A stretch of 59,398 bases of DNA, filler included, from Sphacelaria rigidula (lineage: Eukaryota), in NCBI GenBank assembly GCA_964200075.2. It is 5 parts of 5 records of this genome, joined end to end, with 100 filler letters (N's around TTAATTAATTAA, not from the genome) between each part and the next. Parts side by side here need not be neighbours in the genome. Positions count along the whole stretch, not along the records: positions 47,603 to 59,398 come from CAXNAA020004484.1; 4 more parts are not named here. The stretch is one strand, 5' to 3'. The notes under the pieces were generated by a model, which was not told the DNA's origin, searched no databases, and was given only the letters and a program-made list of their open reading frames with translations. Shown here piece after piece: positions 57,101-59,398 of this stretch; the stretch's first letter is position 1; each line of letters begins with the position of its first letter. The position numbers and the translations under genes are program-made.

Positions 57101-57990
57101 GGGGGGGAACAAGGCAAGAGTAAGATACATGATAGAAACAGAGGAAACGCAAGCGCCAAGACTGAACGTGGACGAGGAGGAGCACCTGGAGATATACGGA
57201 GGGTTCAGAGAGGGGATATAGATGAAAGCATACCTGCACGGCCCAGTGAACTAGGCGAAAAAAATGAAAGTGCGATTTCGTACAGGCCTTTGTTTCTTCT
57301 GCGCGCATGTGATTCGGCATAAAACGGGATTTTGTGCATAACCTTATGCCTTTTGAAAACATACTAGTATGTTTTTCGGGATTTCAGCATAACAAAGACA
57401 TGAAAGCTTGGGCTGTGAACTGGATCGGTTTTCATCATCGATAAAACTGGAACTGGCGACGAGGGCGCCAGTTTATCCAGTATATGTAAGGCTTGCCGTT
57501 ACTGACTATTTTATACCAATTTTAGTGTGTTTACTTTACAACAAAGATAATTCCACCATTATATTTAATATGACTACCATTCAGGCCTGCACACTACAGT
57601 GGTTGCAGAGGAATATGGGGTATCAATTGAAGCGGAGGGCGCTTCGAAGGCGCCGACGGAAGCTGTTTGCGTCAGTGACGCGTGACCCCAGCGGTGCACA
57701 GCTTCATGCTTCGTCTTCTAGGTTTTCGGTCGACTTGTACAGCATAGGTCTGGCATTCGGGAACACATGACGAACGGGTTTGCCCTGGTCCAGTCACTAG
57801 CTGACTTCTTCATTCAGGTGTTTTTTTTTCTTGTCCCGTCTGCTTCGTTGGTATCTCGTGCAATGGATTGTACCTTGCGGGTGTTTTCTAATCGCAGTTG
57901 CTCCACCATACTGTTGGCGTCGCCCAGCTCATCTCTGCATTGCTCGAGCGCGGCTTCCAGCGTATGCCGCTCTACATCGAGTGCTTGAAC
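54155..57990 (-). CDS. Two internal exons of an unidentified coiled-coil host protein
   Basis: Exons 57990-57874 (CAG|..|GTAC) and 54247-54155 (AAG|..|GTGA) join in phase 0 to give VQALDVERHTLEAALEQCRDELGDANSMVEQLRLENTRK|WRVEERDDWRALVDSVQTDRKILQQENARLE. A further exon at ~54067-54004 is possible. Confidence 0.65.
54740..57290 (+). mobile_element. Decayed non-LTR retrotransposon ORF2 (RT), antisense within the host intron and interrupted by another repeat
   Basis: Motifs across frameshifts: AAGADEI, GDKADPGNY.GIT, GFRPDRSC, YCFFLDV, QGCTLSP, GLMFADDF, GLQKQI, and later LRGELG.YPL. Confidence 0.88.
56205..56700. repeat. ~490-bp repeat, inverted copy of 58205-58685
   Basis: Shared blocks include GTTGGTGTTATCGGGCGATACGAG, GGCTCTAGTGCA, GACCGAAAATACCGAAGAGT and TAAGTCACTCAATATT. 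Confidence 0.88.
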
Positions 57991-58204
57991 CTGCAGCAAA
58001 AAACCCAAGGCATCCGTCAACACGTATATGCGCGCGCGCGGAAACACGTCAGACATATATATATATATATATATATATTCATACATGAGAGTGATTCTCC
58101 ACATGCAAAAGAATGAAGCCGTTTTCCGTGGAACAAAACACCCGTTGAGATCTAGACGAGTTTACACTTTCGATTACAGTACCTAAAGTTCAAAGTGGGA
58201 TATA

Positions 58205-58685
58205 TCGTAATTTTTTCGTAAGTGATGATTTTCTCAGGTTATTTCGCTTGCCACTGCTCATCACATCGAGGATCTGAAGATATTAGTATCCGCTCCACAG
58301 TCCAAGAAAAAAAATCTTCGGCATTTAATATTGAGTGACTTACGGGCTGACCGGTCATCGGGAGCCCTGCCAGTTTTCAGCCACAGATTCTGACTCTTCG
58401 GTATTTTCGGTCGATCGAGCTTGTCCTGATCAAATTTGTGATTTTTTTTTTTTTAAATTCCACCTACTTACTGCACTAGAGCCAGAAAACTGTGTTTCAC
58501 GGTCAATAACACCCTCCTGATGAACGGGGTATCTCCTCGTATCGCCCGATAACACCAACACACAACACTAACTTGGGTACTGTGTTTTGAGGACGATGTG
58601 TATTGTACCAAAATCTACCGACGCCAGCACTTTCGAGTTCTATCAAGCACTAGGACACGAGAAAAAATCCCGAAACAATCCGTGC
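58205..58685. repeat. ~480-bp repeat, inverted copy of 56205-56700
   Basis: Reverse-complement match, e.g. CTCGTATCGCCCGATAACACCAAC. Confidence 0.88.
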
Positions 58686-59049
58686 TGCTTTGAACTTGAG
58701 GTACCATGATCATTTTTTTCTCCACCCCTGGCGAAAGACGAAAATCAATACAACGTAGGCCTTTACTTTGCAGCATATAATGCGAGAAATGTCCCTCCAG
58801 TCGCGTCGTTTGTTCGACGGAAACAGTGGCTTCAACGACACGAACGGTGTGGACAAGCTGTTACCTGAGAGGTGAGCTTCGAGATCTGCGCTTCCGCGTC
58901 TTCTTTGGTAGCAGCCAGCAGACGGGCCAGCCGTTCGAGCCCTGTCGGTTCCTGTTAGGAAAGCAAACACACATTCGCACACACCGTCATCAATTGCGTT
59001 GTCGCAACGGCAAGCCTACATTACCCCCACCCCACCCCTCCCCCCCGGA

Positions 59050-59398
59050 GGGGTCTCTACTAGGAGATAGATGGTGGCCAGAGACGGCGAGACAGGACGG
59101 GGATAAGATATGTAAAAGGTTTTTGTGGAATGTATGGAAGAAACGTAATGAGCATCGGAATGTTGAAGGTGGCTCCAATAGGAGTAGGAACGGTGCTCCG
59201 TCTCGACAGGGATGCGTGGTCAACGGTCAAATGAATAAGGCAAGCAGCAAATGAGTACGCCCCCCCCCCCTCCTTCCCTTTTCCCTTTTATAGCCTGGTC
59301 CGGCGAGAACCCGGCGTGCTCCGTCCCGGCTTTGTAGGGGCGGACCCCCGATGGGGTTGGCGTCGCTTGGCGATGACGCTGTAAAACACGCCACTCAC
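59050..59398 (+). mobile_element. LINE 3' end (ORF2 C-terminus and 3' UTR)
   Basis: LLGDRWWP...KRFLWNVWKKRN resembles a non-LTR ORF2 terminus. It is followed by a C/T tract and a stem-loop tail also found at 52808-52862. Confidence 0.7.

Noticed and set aside
54740..59398. One continuous LINE that captured a host exon
   Set aside because: Two independent insertions in adjacent introns are simpler, and no continuity or TSD links the pieces.

Overview
This is eukaryotic, intron-rich and repeat-rich genomic DNA. Intron style, GC content and repeat types suggest a brown alga or related stramenopile (inference). It is not one locus: five contigs of 11802, 11801, 11800, 11799 and 11796 bp are joined by 100-bp spacers (N44-TTAATTAATTAA-N44), so they look size-sorted and unlinked. 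Contig 1 (1-11802) is all repeat: RTE LINE pieces, a decayed piggyBac-like transposase, a MITE and a large split inverted repeat. Contig 2 holds a complete 8-exon type II glutamine synthetase gene (minus strand, 361 aa) and a tRNA-derived SINE. Contig 3 holds the last 11 exons of MCM3 (minus strand), including a GC-AG intron. Contig 4 holds decayed Ty3/gypsy and Ty1/copia elements and several MITEs. Contig 5 holds a decayed Academ/DUF6589-like transposase, two large foldbacks, a decayed LINE and exons of a coiled-coil host gene. I found no convincing new multi-gene system. The best leads are splicing oddities in GS and MCM3, a Ginger-like MITE carrying telomeric repeats, and the Academ-like relic.
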